A DNA stretch of 64,000 nucleotides from a virus, in the IMG/VR virus record IMGVR_UViG_3300042261_000762, positions 1 through 64,000 of that record, one strand, 5' to 3'. Shown in pieces: positions 10,227-17,981 of the stretch (positions within the stretch are counted from its first letter, which is position 1; each line of letters begins with the position of its first letter). The notes beneath the pieces were generated by a model. That model saw only the letters and a list, made by a program, of their open reading frames with translations. It was not told the origin of the DNA and searched no databases. A program made the position numbers and the translations under genes.

Positions 10227-10322
10227 ATGACTTACACCAGTAAACATAGTAAACATTCATCCTTTAGCTCAAAGTGGTTTACCACATTCGGGGTTGAAAC
10301 GGAATTGCTATGTGTAAGCTGA
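10227..10322 (+). CDS. attenuator leader peptide 1 MTYTSKHSKHSSFSSKWFTTFGVETELLCVS
   Basis: 31-codon ORF; codons 5-18 are only S/K/H/F/W; contains antiterminator strand TTCGGGGTT (10287-10295). Confidence 0.85.
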   Translation: MTYTSKHSKHSSFSSKWFTTFGVETELLCVS

Positions 10323-10341
10323 TAATAACATAGTATAACGG

Positions 10342-10379
10342 AAAACCCCGAACTCAAAAAGTTTGGGGTTTTTTATTTT
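10342..10379 (+). terminator. attenuator terminator of array 1
   Basis: AAAACCCCGAAC-tcaaaaa-GTTTGGGGTTTT plus U tract. Confidence 0.85.
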
Positions 10380-10400
10380 ATAGTTCTTTAATATATTCAT

Positions 10401-10483
10401 ACGGCAGCAGGCATTGGTGAGCCAAACAGTCTCCAAAACTGCGACCTGAAAGGGTCCTAAGCGTTCGATTCGTTTCTGCCGTG
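10401..10483 (+). tRNA. tRNA-Trp(CCA), atypical long variable arm
   Basis: Acceptor ACGGCAG/CTGCCGT, loop ct-CCA-aa, extra arm GACC-tgaaag-GGTC. Confidence 0.75.
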
Positions 10484-10566
10484 CTAAGTTCTTTGAAATA
10501 TTGTAGTGTTCAATTCTTCTAAAAATGATTCGAACAATTTAATATATAAATAAAAAAATATATTAT

Positions 10567-11115
10567 ATGAATCAAATTAAAGAAGATATTTTAAGATTGA
10601 GAAATGAAGGAAAATCTTATTCTGAAATCCAGAAAGATTTGAATTGTTCGAAAGGAACTATTTCTTACTATTGTGGCGAAGGTCAAAAAGAAAAGAATAG
10701 GGATAGAACAAGAAAATTGAGAGAAGAAAACATAATGATTAAAAAGATTGATAATTTCAAATCGTTGAGAAATTTTAAAAATATAAAAGAAAGTTTGAGA
10801 AAATTTCAAAAAAGAGATGGAAATGATTACAATAAGAATATAAAAGAAACTTTTAATTGGAGGGATGTTTTAGATAAATTTGGAGAAAATACTTTTTGTT
10901 ACTTATGTGGAGAAGAGGTTAACTTATTTGAAGATACTTATAGTTTCGATCACATAATACCTCAAAGTAGAGGAGGTGATAATAGTTTAGATAATTTGGG
11001 TATCACTATGAAGAAAATAAATGACATGAAAACTGATATGACTCCCGATGAACTAGTGGAAATGTGTATCAAAATCTTAAAATTTAACAATTACAGTGTA
11101 GAAAAACTATTATAG
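10567..11115 (+). CDS. HNH homing endonuclease with N-terminal HTH
   Basis: CYLC...DHIIPQSRGG.N.LDN...N; HTH shared with 28889..29458. Confidence 0.85.
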   Translation: MNQIKEDILRLRNEGKSYSEIQKDLNCSKGTISYYCGEGQKEKNRDRTRKLREENIMIKKIDNFKSLRNFKNIKESLRKFQKRDGNDYNKNIKETFNWRDVLDKFGENTFCYLCGEEVNLFEDTYSFDHIIPQSRGGDNSLDNLGITMKKINDMKTDMTPDELVEMCIKILKFNNYSVEKLL

Positions 11116-11148
11116 TTCATTGACATATTGAAAACCATAAAAGATTAA

Positions 11149-11489
11149 AAGATTAGTTAAGTACCCTATCACATCCCCAATGCTGGGATCTTATAGGCGA
11201 AAATTCAGACTGTAAAGAAAGGCAGTTACTACTGGGCGGGACATAACTACCCGTTTGCGTTATAGTACAGCTAAGGCTATAATGAACTACTCTGCCATCT
11301 TCGGATGCAGGAGGAAGTCTATATTAAGTGTGTAATAACGAACACATCGGTATAGAGAGTCAAAGAAGTTAGTAATCTATGTTTAGATTGATAAATGCGT
11401 TCTATGGTAGATTAGAAGGGTTCGAATCCCTTACGGATTTATTTGACTATACTTGGGACCTTGAAAAGAGGTAGACGTAGGCTAATCTT
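11149..11489 (+). ncRNA. unidentified structured RNA of about 340 nt with an internal T-arm module
   Basis: Ends pair (AAGATTAGTT/GGCTAATCTT); many hairpins (CTG-taaagaaagg-CAG, CATC-ttcg-GATG, AAGGG-ttcgaat-CCCTT); no ORF; follows a boxA. Confidence 0.6.
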
Positions 11490-11496
11490 AATTTAT

Positions 11497-11574
11497 TGTG
11501 GATAAATAGAGCTCAGATCCGATACGCAACGGACACGCCTAGACCTCGGACAGGTTCCGACTCATTTATCCACA
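11497..11574 (+). ncRNA. small structured RNA hairpin
   Basis: TGTGGATAAAT.GAG / CTCATTTATCCACA terminal stem enclosing GC-rich hairpins. Confidence 0.45.
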
Positions 11575-11584
11575 TTTTATACAT

Positions 11585-11660
11585 GGTGTTCGTAGCTTAA
11601 TTGGCATAGAGCACGTCGTTGTGACCGACGCCGGTGAGGGTTCAAATCCCTTCGAACACA
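11585..11660 (+). tRNA. tRNA-His(GTG)
   Basis: G-1, cloverleaf, CGTCG-ttGTGac-CGACG. Confidence 0.9.
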
Positions 11661-11665
11661 CATAT

Positions 11666-11753
11666 GGGAAAGACATCCCTTAGGATAGGGAGATAATCTG
11701 AAAGAGATTATAATCAGCAAAAAACCAATTTGGTTCGAATCCAATCTTTCCCG
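11666..11753 (+). tRNA. degenerate tRNA (Phe GAA-like)
   Basis: Acceptor GGGAAAG/CTTTCCC, T loop TTCGAAT, irregular ctGAAag loop and long variable region. Confidence 0.5.
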
Positions 11754-11759
11754 CTACAT

Positions 11760-11833
11760 GGTGCTATTAGCTCAATCGGTAGAGCGCATGCCTGTGGAGC
11801 ATGAGGCAGTGGGATCGAAACCCACATAGCACC
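11760..11833 (+). tRNA. tRNA-His(GTG)
   Basis: G-1:C73, CATGC-ctGTGga-GCATG. Confidence 0.9.
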
Positions 11834-11899
11834 CAAAAACCGAATGGACTGTTATACTTTCATAGAGTCGGGTAATCAGATGATCGTAGAAAGTAAAAT

Positions 11900-11972
11900 G
11901 GTGCGGTAGCTCAGTAGGTAGAGCAAAGGACTGAAAATCCTTGTGTCGGGGGTTCAATTCCCTCTCGCACCA
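11900..11972 (+). tRNA. tRNA-Phe(GAA)
   Basis: Canonical cloverleaf, AAGGA-ctGAAaa-TCCTT. Confidence 0.95.
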
Positions 11973-11978
11973 CAAAAT

Positions 11979-12051
11979 GACTTCGTAGCTCAGTTGGTAG
12001 AGCACCACACTTTTAATGTGGGAGTCCTGGGTTCGAGTCCCAGCGGGGTCA
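11979..12051 (+). tRNA. tRNA-Lys(TTT)
   Basis: CCACA-ctTTTaa-TGTGG. Confidence 0.95.
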
Positions 12052-12056
12052 CAAAA

Positions 12057-12129
12057 GGATTCTAAGCTAATCTGGTGAAAGCGTAAGTCTGAAGAACTTA
12101 AGAGATTGGTTCGAAACCAATAGAATCCA
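12057..12129 (+). tRNA. tRNA-Phe(GAA)
   Basis: TAAGT-ctGAAga-ACTTA; acceptor GGATTCT/AGAATCC. Confidence 0.85.
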
Positions 12130-12133
12130 CTAA

Positions 12134-12260
12134 AACGGGAGACGGGGGTTCGATTCCCCCCAATCACATATACTCGACGCGTTCTATGGACAGAGTAATG
12201 AGAGTTCGATTCTCTCACGGGCTGAGGTTGATTGTGGCGTAATGGTAGCGTTCCCGCGTT
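12134..12260 (+). ncRNA. circularly permuted tRNA mimic (YrlA-like topology) with a second tRNA-like module nested inside
   Basis: T arm first (GGGG-ttcgatt-CCCC), then CAATCA ... TGATTG acceptor pairing, then D arm GCGTAATGGTAGCG; ends pair AACGGGAG/TTCCCGCGTT. Confidence 0.55.
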
Positions 12261-12343
12261 GGAGACACCCAATGGGAGTGGTTAGGCGTCTCGAAAGCGT
12301 TGAAGTCTGAAAAGATGTGAAGGTTCGACTCCTTCTGTCTCCG
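12261..12343 (+). tRNA. tRNA-Ser(CGA)
   Basis: ctCGAaa loop, long variable arm, G73. Confidence 0.85.
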
Positions 12344-12349
12344 CAAAAT

Positions 12350-12439
12350 GGAAGATAAACCGAACAGGTTAGTCGGCACCGCCTGGAAAGCGAGTGGCTC
12401 TGGGTCAACTGGGGTGAGTTTCGAATACTCTGTCTTCCG
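12350..12439 (+). tRNA. tRNA-Ser(GGA)
   Basis: ctGGAaa loop, long variable arm. Confidence 0.85.
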
Positions 12440-12456
12440 CAATCTGTCTTCCGCAA
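12429..12456 (+). repeat. 14-bp tandem duplication of the tRNA-Ser 3' end
   Basis: TCTGTCTTCCGCAA twice, immediately before the nuclease start codon. Confidence 0.9.
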
Positions 12457-13012
12457 GTGGAAAATAATCATATTTGTCCGAAGTGTGGATTTTATATTAA
12501 TAATAGCATTGACAAACATATAAACTATTGTAAAGGAAAAGGTCCTAGGAGAAGAATTAAGAGAAGAGAAGGAGGTCAAAAGTGGTTACTTGGAAAATCC
12601 TACGATGAATTATATGGAACTGAAAAGTCTAAAGAAATAAGAGAAAAAATATCCAATAATCTAATAGGTAAACCAACAGGAATATGTTCAACTGAAGAAA
12701 GAGAATTAGAAAGAAGAAAAAAAATTAGCGAGAAAATAATAGAAAGATATAAAAACGGTTGGGAAGTTAAATGTGGAAGATGTAAAAAAATAGATTATTA
12801 TAGTGATATAGCAGGAGATATAAAAGTAGATGGAAATTGGGAGTTGGAAGTAGCTAAGTTTTTATGTAGAAGATTGGAATAAATTTATTGAAGTAAAGGG
12901 TTACAAAACTAAATTAGATTATATAAAATGGGAACAATTTAAAGAGAATCTTGAAATATGGGATTCTAATAAATTGAGAGAGTTAGGAATAAAAGCAAAA
13001 TGGCTTAAATAA
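12457..13012 (+). pseudogene. homing endonuclease (NUMOD3-like repeats plus PD-(D/E)xK domain) with internal deletion/frameshift
   Basis: ORF stops at 12882; another frame continues FYVEDWNKFIEVKGYKTKLD...WLK, and the usual YxPD segment is missing. Confidence 0.7.
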
Positions 13013-13014
13013 AT

Positions 13015-13103
13015 GGAGAGTAAACCTAAGCAGTTCTTAGGGCCTGTCTGCTAAACAGAGTGTTCGATTGATATCGAATGTGGGGCGGCACCACTGCTCT
13101 CCG
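13015..13103 (+). tRNA. tRNA-Ser(GCT)
   Basis: CTGT-ctGCTaa-ACAG, long variable arm; atypical T loop. Confidence 0.8.
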
Positions 13104-13113
13104 CAATAATAAT

Positions 13114-13205
13114 GGAAAGAAAACCGATCGGGGTGTCGGCACCGCCTGGAAAGCGAGTGGCTCTGGGTCAACTGGGGTGGGTTTCAATTACTCTTCTTTC
13201 CGCCA
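13114..13205 (+). tRNA. tRNA-Ser(GGA), encoded CCA
   Basis: Central part identical to 12350..12439. Confidence 0.85.
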
Positions 13206-13210
13206 CCAAC

Positions 13211-13296
13211 GGTAGATGATCTGGAGCTGCCTCCAGCCCTGTCTTGAAAACAGTGGGTACGTGAAAGCGTATAGGGATCGACACCTTCTTCTACCG
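13211..13296 (+). tRNA. tRNA-Ser(TGA)
   Basis: CTGT-ctTGAaa-ACAG, variable arm TACG-tgaaag-CGTA. Confidence 0.8.
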
Positions 13297-13375
13297 CTCG
13301 TGTCGCAGATATCGACAGAAACCCCGAAAGGGTGACTAAAAATTCCTATCCGTGCAACTGGGAGGTTGCAAAAAA

Positions 13376-13452
13376 GCGTTCGTAGCTCAGTTGGTAGATT
13401 AAGCACCACTCTTTTAAAGTGGGGGTCGTCGGTTCGAGCCCGACCGGACGCA
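13376..13452 (+). tRNA. tRNA-Lys(TTT)
   Basis: CCACT-ctTTTaa-AGTGG. Confidence 0.9.
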
Positions 13453-13457
13453 CAAAA

Positions 13458-13530
13458 GACCTCGTAGCTCAATTGGCAGAGCTCTTGTCTCTTAAACAAG
13501 AGGTTGTGGGTTCGATTCCCACCGGGGTCA
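13458..13530 (+). tRNA. tRNA-Lys(CTT)
   Basis: CTTGT-ctCTTaa-ACAAG. Confidence 0.95.
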
Positions 13531-13599
13531 CTCGAGGAGACTGTTTGTTATTTTCATAGGACCGCAGATAACACGGGAAGAGTAGAAAATTACATTTAA

Positions 13600-13672
13600 G
13601 GGTTCATAGGTCAATTGGTTAAACTAGTAGACTCTTAATCTACGGCTCTGGGTTCGAATCCCAGTGAACCCA
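13600..13672 (+). tRNA. tRNA-Lys(CTT)
   Basis: GTAGA-ctCTTaa-TCTAC. Confidence 0.9.
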
Positions 13673-13689
13673 CAAAAAATAATATAGAA

Positions 13690-14409
13690 ATGAAATATCT
13701 TATAGGCATACAACCAACAGGCAAACTCCATATAGGTAACTATCTTGGATGCTTAGCCAAGGGACTTAGACTTCAAAAATCTGGTCACGATGTTACTTTT
13801 TTAATAGCTAATTATCATTCAATGACTACAGGTTCATATACTGATATAACAGAAAAAGAATTAAAAAGATTAGGATGTAAAAATGTAAAACGCCAAACAC
13901 CAGAATATACTGAAAAGTTCTTTGAATTGTGTTGTAAAATGAATATAGGACAGCTTCTTAAAATGCCACAATATAAGGATAAAAAAGAAAAGGTTGAATA
14001 TGATTTAGGATTACTTTTATATCCAGTGCTTATGGCAGCAGATATTATAATAAATGATCCAGATGTTATTATAATAGGAGCAGATCAAGTTGCACACATT
14101 GAATTGACAAATGATATAGTAAAAAGAATAGGAATAGATAAACATTTTGAATATGAATATGGTGATGTAGACAAGATAATGTCTTTAATAGATCCAACCA
14201 TTAAAATGTCAAAATCATCTGGAGAAAAACACGTTCTTTATATATTCGATGAAGATTATGTAGCGAAACTTAAAAAAGCCAATTCCAACGAAGAAGGATT
14301 GAATAATCTAAGAAAAATCGGAGATTACTTCAATGTTGAAAGAAATGATAGTAATTTGAAATATAAATTGGATATAGCGAAAGTTTTAATTGATGAATTT
14401 AATCAATAG
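13690..14409 (+). CDS. trpS: tryptophanyl-tRNA synthetase, compact (239 aa)
   Basis: GIQPTGKLHIGNYLG, YPVLMAADI, GADQ..H.ELT, KIMSL.DP..KMSKS. Confidence 0.92.
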   Translation: MKYLIGIQPTGKLHIGNYLGCLAKGLRLQKSGHDVTFLIANYHSMTTGSYTDITEKELKRLGCKNVKRQTPEYTEKFFELCCKMNIGQLLKMPQYKDKKEKVEYDLGLLLYPVLMAADIIINDPDVIIIGADQVAHIELTNDIVKRIGIDKHFEYEYGDVDKIMSLIDPTIKMSKSSGEKHVLYIFDEDYVAKLKKANSNEEGLNNLRKIGDYFNVERNDSNLKYKLDIAKVLIDEFNQ

Positions 14410-14480
14410 GGATCATAGGTTAATTGGTAAACTAGTAGACTTTTAATCTACGGCTCCGGGTTCGACCCCCGGTGATCCCA
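14409..14480 (+). tRNA. tRNA-Lys(TTT)
   Basis: GTAGA-ctTTTaa-TCTAC; starts on the last base of the trpS stop codon. Confidence 0.9.
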
Positions 14481-14485
14481 CACAC

Positions 14486-14557
14486 ACGTCTATGGTATAA
14501 TGCGTAGCACAAATGCCTCCAAAACATTTAGTCAGGGTTCGAATCCTTGTAGGCGTA
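14486..14557 (+). tRNA. tRNA-Trp(CCA)
   Basis: ctCCAaa loop, acceptor ACGTCTA/TAGGCGT. Confidence 0.85.
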
Positions 14558-14580
14558 CAAAATATAAAACAATATAAAAA

Positions 14581-15201
14581 ATGGACATAGATAAACAAGT
14601 TAGAGGAACTAGAATTATTCTGGAAGAAGCAAAGGAAAGAAGAATAATTCTTAATAAACTCATAGATATTGCAAATGATTATGGTTTTCAAGAAATCACT
14701 TTACCTAGTTTAGAATTATCTGAAATTTACGTAGATAAAGCGGGTGAAGAAATTCTAAATCAAATGTACACATTTAAAGACAAAGGAGATAGAAATCTAT
14801 GTCTTAGACCAGAAGGAACAGCAACAATTCAATTATTGGCTAATAAATATTGGAAAACGCAAAAAGATATTAAACTTTGGTATTTTGAAAAATGTTGGAG
14901 ATATGAAAGACCACAATCGGGAAGATATAGAGAGTTTTATCAATTTGGTGTTGAATGGTTAAATCCAAGAGAAGATGTAACTCCTACATTGATTGAAATG
15001 GCTAAAAAGATGATAGAAACTAAAACAAATGAATATACTATTTCTGAATCTGTTAAAAGAGGATTATCATATTACACAGGAGGAGTTGGTTTTGAAATTT
15101 CTGTAGATAAATTAGGTGCTCAAAAACAAGTTTGCGGAGGAGGATCATATAAAGAAGGAATAGGATTTGCTTTGGGGTTCGATAGATTAATGTTATGTTA
15201 A
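14581..15201 (+). CDS. hisS: histidyl-tRNA synthetase, catalytic core only (206 aa)
   Basis: MYTFKDKGDRNLCLRPEGTA, RYERPQSGRYREFYQFG, RGLSYYTG, GFALGFDRL; no C-terminal anticodon-binding domain. Confidence 0.88.
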   Translation: MDIDKQVRGTRIILEEAKERRIILNKLIDIANDYGFQEITLPSLELSEIYVDKAGEEILNQMYTFKDKGDRNLCLRPEGTATIQLLANKYWKTQKDIKLWYFEKCWRYERPQSGRYREFYQFGVEWLNPREDVTPTLIEMAKKMIETKTNEYTISESVKRGLSYYTGGVGFEISVDKLGAQKQVCGGGSYKEGIGFALGFDRLMLC

Positions 15202-15206
15202 AGTGT

Positions 15207-15240
15207 AAAAATGCTAGATTATCATCTAGCATTTTTTTTA
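15207..15240 (+). terminator. intrinsic terminator closing array 1
   Basis: AAAATGCTAGAT-tatc-ATCTAGCATTTT plus T run. Confidence 0.8.
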
Positions 15241-15306
15241 TTTAGATTGAATGGTGTTTTTCTAAACAATTGAATATTTTATTCATATATCTAAAAAAAT
15301 GCACAA

Positions 15307-15768
15307 ATGGAACTTAAAGAAATAATTGAATTATCTAATAATTTAGCTACAGAAAAAGGGTTCTGGCAAGATTATGATAACCTTCTTAAGACTATGAAAG
15401 GTCTTCCAAAACATTTCAATCAAGAAAAAATTGATAGGATAAAATTAGCTTTTTATAATGAAAAAATATCTTTAGTATCTTCTGAACTAGGAGAAGCTAC
15501 AGAAGCCATGAGAACTAATAAATATTGCATATTAGATGATCAAGGCATACAAAACATGGTAGATTTGTTAAAGGAAGAAAAAGCTGAATTTAAGTATCAA
15601 GGAGCTTATATTACTCATATTAAAGATACTTTTCAAGATGAAATAGCAGATTCTTTTATAAGATTATGTGATCTATGTAGTAAAATGGACATAGATATTG
15701 AAAAGTTTATAATGTTAAAACTACAATATAATAAAAGTAGAGATTCCAAACATGGGAAACGCTTTTAA
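15307..15768 (+). CDS. MazG-like nucleotide pyrophosphohydrolase
   Basis: SELGEATEAMR...DEIADSFIRLCD...K..YN.SR..KHGK. Confidence 0.8.
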   Translation: MELKEIIELSNNLATEKGFWQDYDNLLKTMKGLPKHFNQEKIDRIKLAFYNEKISLVSSELGEATEAMRTNKYCILDDQGIQNMVDLLKEEKAEFKYQGAYITHIKDTFQDEIADSFIRLCDLCSKMDIDIEKFIMLKLQYNKSRDSKHGKRF

Positions 15769-15778
15769 AAAATAATAA

Positions 15779-16495
15779 TTGAATATGAATTTAATAGATA
15801 AAAATTTATGGAATTATGAATTTCCCTGGGGCACTACTGGTTCTCCATTTTTCTGCAGTTCTCAAAAGGAACTTGTAACATGGGATAATAACGGCAGTGT
15901 TATTTTCAATGTAGGATACGATTCTACCAACCTTTATAAAGGTTGGTATAAAGACAATAATTGGAACACTGTGTATGCTTATACTCAATACGCTAATAGC
16001 TTGTGCATTACTAAAGATCAATATGGTTTTGGGACATATGAAATGGTTTGTAGATTGCCAAATTTCAGAGGATCTTGGCCTGCTTTTTGGTTTATAGATA
16101 TATTGGACTCTAAAACACAAGGCGGAATGGGAATTCCACCCGAAATAGATGTTTTCGAACATTTTAGAAAAGATAGTTGTTTAACTAGATTTCATGTTAC
16201 AACTACATATCACGGAGGACCAACTTATGAAGATGATTGGATGAAACAGAAAGCAAAATATAGTTTATGTCCTGTTGATAAAAATGATATGAAATTTAAG
16301 TTAATATGGAATGAAAATAGTTTTTCTGTTTATGTTAATGATAGAAAAACTTTACAAATTGACAAAGATAGTAGTGTTGGATTTCCTTATAAACCAATGA
16401 ACGTGATAATGAATTCTGGAATTGGTAATTGGGAACCGGATGTTAGTAAATTTTCTCCATTTGTAGTTAAATCATTAACTTATGATCCAGCTTAA
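15779..16495 (+). CDS. glycoside hydrolase family 16
   Basis: GSWPAFW and EIDVFE catalytic motif. Confidence 0.85.
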   Translation: MNMNLIDKNLWNYEFPWGTTGSPFFCSSQKELVTWDNNGSVIFNVGYDSTNLYKGWYKDNNWNTVYAYTQYANSLCITKDQYGFGTYEMVCRLPNFRGSWPAFWFIDILDSKTQGGMGIPPEIDVFEHFRKDSCLTRFHVTTTYHGGPTYEDDWMKQKAKYSLCPVDKNDMKFKLIWNENSFSVYVNDRKTLQIDKDSSVGFPYKPMNVIMNSGIGNWEPDVSKFSPFVVKSLTYDPA

Positions 16496-16535
16496 AATAT
16501 TTTTTTATTAAATTAATATTTGTTAATTTTGTATA

Positions 16536-16937
16536 ATGGCATTTAAAGTATCCATATTAGAAACTCCCGAATTGATGTTAGAATCTCTTATTGAGGATAC
16601 ATTCAATAATAAAGTAGAATGGATAACTGATAAGATGGATCATGGCAATAAAAGCACCGCTATAATCACAATATCAGGCACCATTAAATTCTTAAAATTT
16701 ACTTTTTATGAAATGGGTACTGCATCTTTTATAAAAACAGAATTTTATAAAGGACCAAATATAGATTCAGTTGAATTCGAATCTATTAATGCTCAAAAAG
16801 AAAGAGAAAGATTAGTACGATTAGCTAGTGCTATCAGGAGACAAAATGATATTAGAAGCAGTAGTGAAGATTATAAATTAATGAGAAGAAATAAAACTAT
16901 AGCCGAAATAAGGCGAAAATTATTAATAAAAAATTAA
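16536..16937 (+). CDS. hypothetical protein
   Basis: ORF track; TAATTTTG only 4 nt before the ATG (possibly leaderless). Confidence 0.7.
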   Translation: MAFKVSILETPELMLESLIEDTFNNKVEWITDKMDHGNKSTAIITISGTIKFLKFTFYEMGTASFIKTEFYKGPNIDSVEFESINAQKERERLVRLASAIRRQNDIRSSSEDYKLMRRNKTIAEIRRKLLIKN

Positions 16938-17078
16938 AATATATCATGATTTTGCATGATTTTAAATTATGAGTTGAGGAACATTCACATAAAGAATATT
17001 ATGAAAATTATGAAGAAAAATGGAGAAATTTAATAATATCAACATCTTGGGTTAAACCATATTTAGTAGAAAATAAAA

Positions 17079-17525
17079 ATGAATAAGATAAACATAAAAA
17101 ATAAGAAAGCATTTTTCAATTATGAAGTAATTGAAAAAGAAACAGCTGGTATAGTATTAGTAGGAACTGAAGTTAAATCTATAATATCAGGAAATATTAG
17201 TTTTACTGATGCTTATTGTGATTTTGTCAACGACGAATTGTGGTTGAAAAATTTTCATATAAGCGAGTATGATAAAGCTCTTGATAATCATGAAACTAAG
17301 AGAGATCGTAAACTTTTGTTAACCAAAAATCAATTGAATAAATTTAGAAAAAAATTCGAAGAAAAAGGGTTAACAATAGTACCTCTTGTTATATTTACTA
17401 ATCCTAAAGGACTTATCAAAATGGACATAGCTCTTGTTAGAGGGAAAAAGCAATATGATAAAAGAAATTCTATAAAGGAGAAGGATATTGATAGAGAAGT
17501 TAATATGAAAATTAAAAATTATTGA
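17079..17525 (+). CDS. smpB: SsrA-binding protein SmpB
   Basis: NKKAFFNYE, AGIVLVGTEVKS, RDRKLLL, GKKQYDKR. Confidence 0.97.
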   Translation: MNKINIKNKKAFFNYEVIEKETAGIVLVGTEVKSIISGNISFTDAYCDFVNDELWLKNFHISEYDKALDNHETKRDRKLLLTKNQLNKFRKKFEEKGLTIVPLVIFTNPKGLIKMDIALVRGKKQYDKRNSIKEKDIDREVNMKIKNY

Positions 17526-17526
17526 T

Positions 17527-17754
17527 ATGAAAGGATTCGAATTTGAAAAACGCGATTGGGATAGTTTTCATGATATTATATTAGAGGCTACTTGGGAAAC
17601 TTCCAAATTAGATTTGAACGAAGATGAATTAAAAAAACTATTCGAAGAACTCCCAGAATATCTTAAAAAAGACGTATATCATTGGGGTATGAGTGACACA
17701 GTAGTTGGTGATAATATTTATGTTTGGTATAGAAAAGAAAAATTACAGAAATGA
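17527..17754 (+). CDS. hypothetical protein
   Basis: ORF track, coupled to smpB. Confidence 0.65.
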   Translation: MKGFEFEKRDWDSFHDIILEATWETSKLDLNEDELKKLFEELPEYLKKDVYHWGMSDTVVGDNIYVWYRKEKLQK

Positions 17755-17981
17755 TGGAATACTATTACCCAATTTTTAGTTTAATTTTTTTCTTTATTCT
17801 TTTTATAGCCTTGCTGTTATATCTTATAACAAGGGACAATAGAACATACAATCAAAGTTATAATCGTAATGTTTATAAACAAAAGAAACCAGTTAAAAAA
17901 TCCGTTGAAGTTCCTATAAAAGCTATAAGAGTTAAAAAGGAAGTAATCGAAATGGAAGAAGAAATAATCTTAAATAAATGA
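17751..17981 (+). CDS. small membrane protein
   Basis: N-terminal TM helix; overlapping start and stop codons. Confidence 0.65.
   Translation: MMEYYYPIFSLIFFFILFIALLLYLITRDNRTYNQSYNRNVYKQKKPVKKSVEVPIKAIRVKKEVIEMEEEIILNK

Noticed and set aside
10142-10380. T-box riboswitch explanation for the leaders
   Set aside because: No T-box consensus (AAnnnGGGTGGTACCGCG) or stem I; the leaders contain translatable ORFs with cognate codon runs instead.
11149-11489. tmRNA partner for smpB
   Set aside because: No tRNA-Ala-like ends with G3:U70 and CCA, and no convincing tag reading frame; left as an unassigned RNA.
11772-13499. Minus-strand ORFs 11772..12272, 12184..12579, 12215..12442 and 13188..13499 (also 6388..6643, 24438..24819, 29746..31349, 45978..46666, 47769..47954)
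   Set aside because: They are translations of tRNA or ncRNA sequence (typical RESNS, GFEP, LYQLSY words), not proteins.
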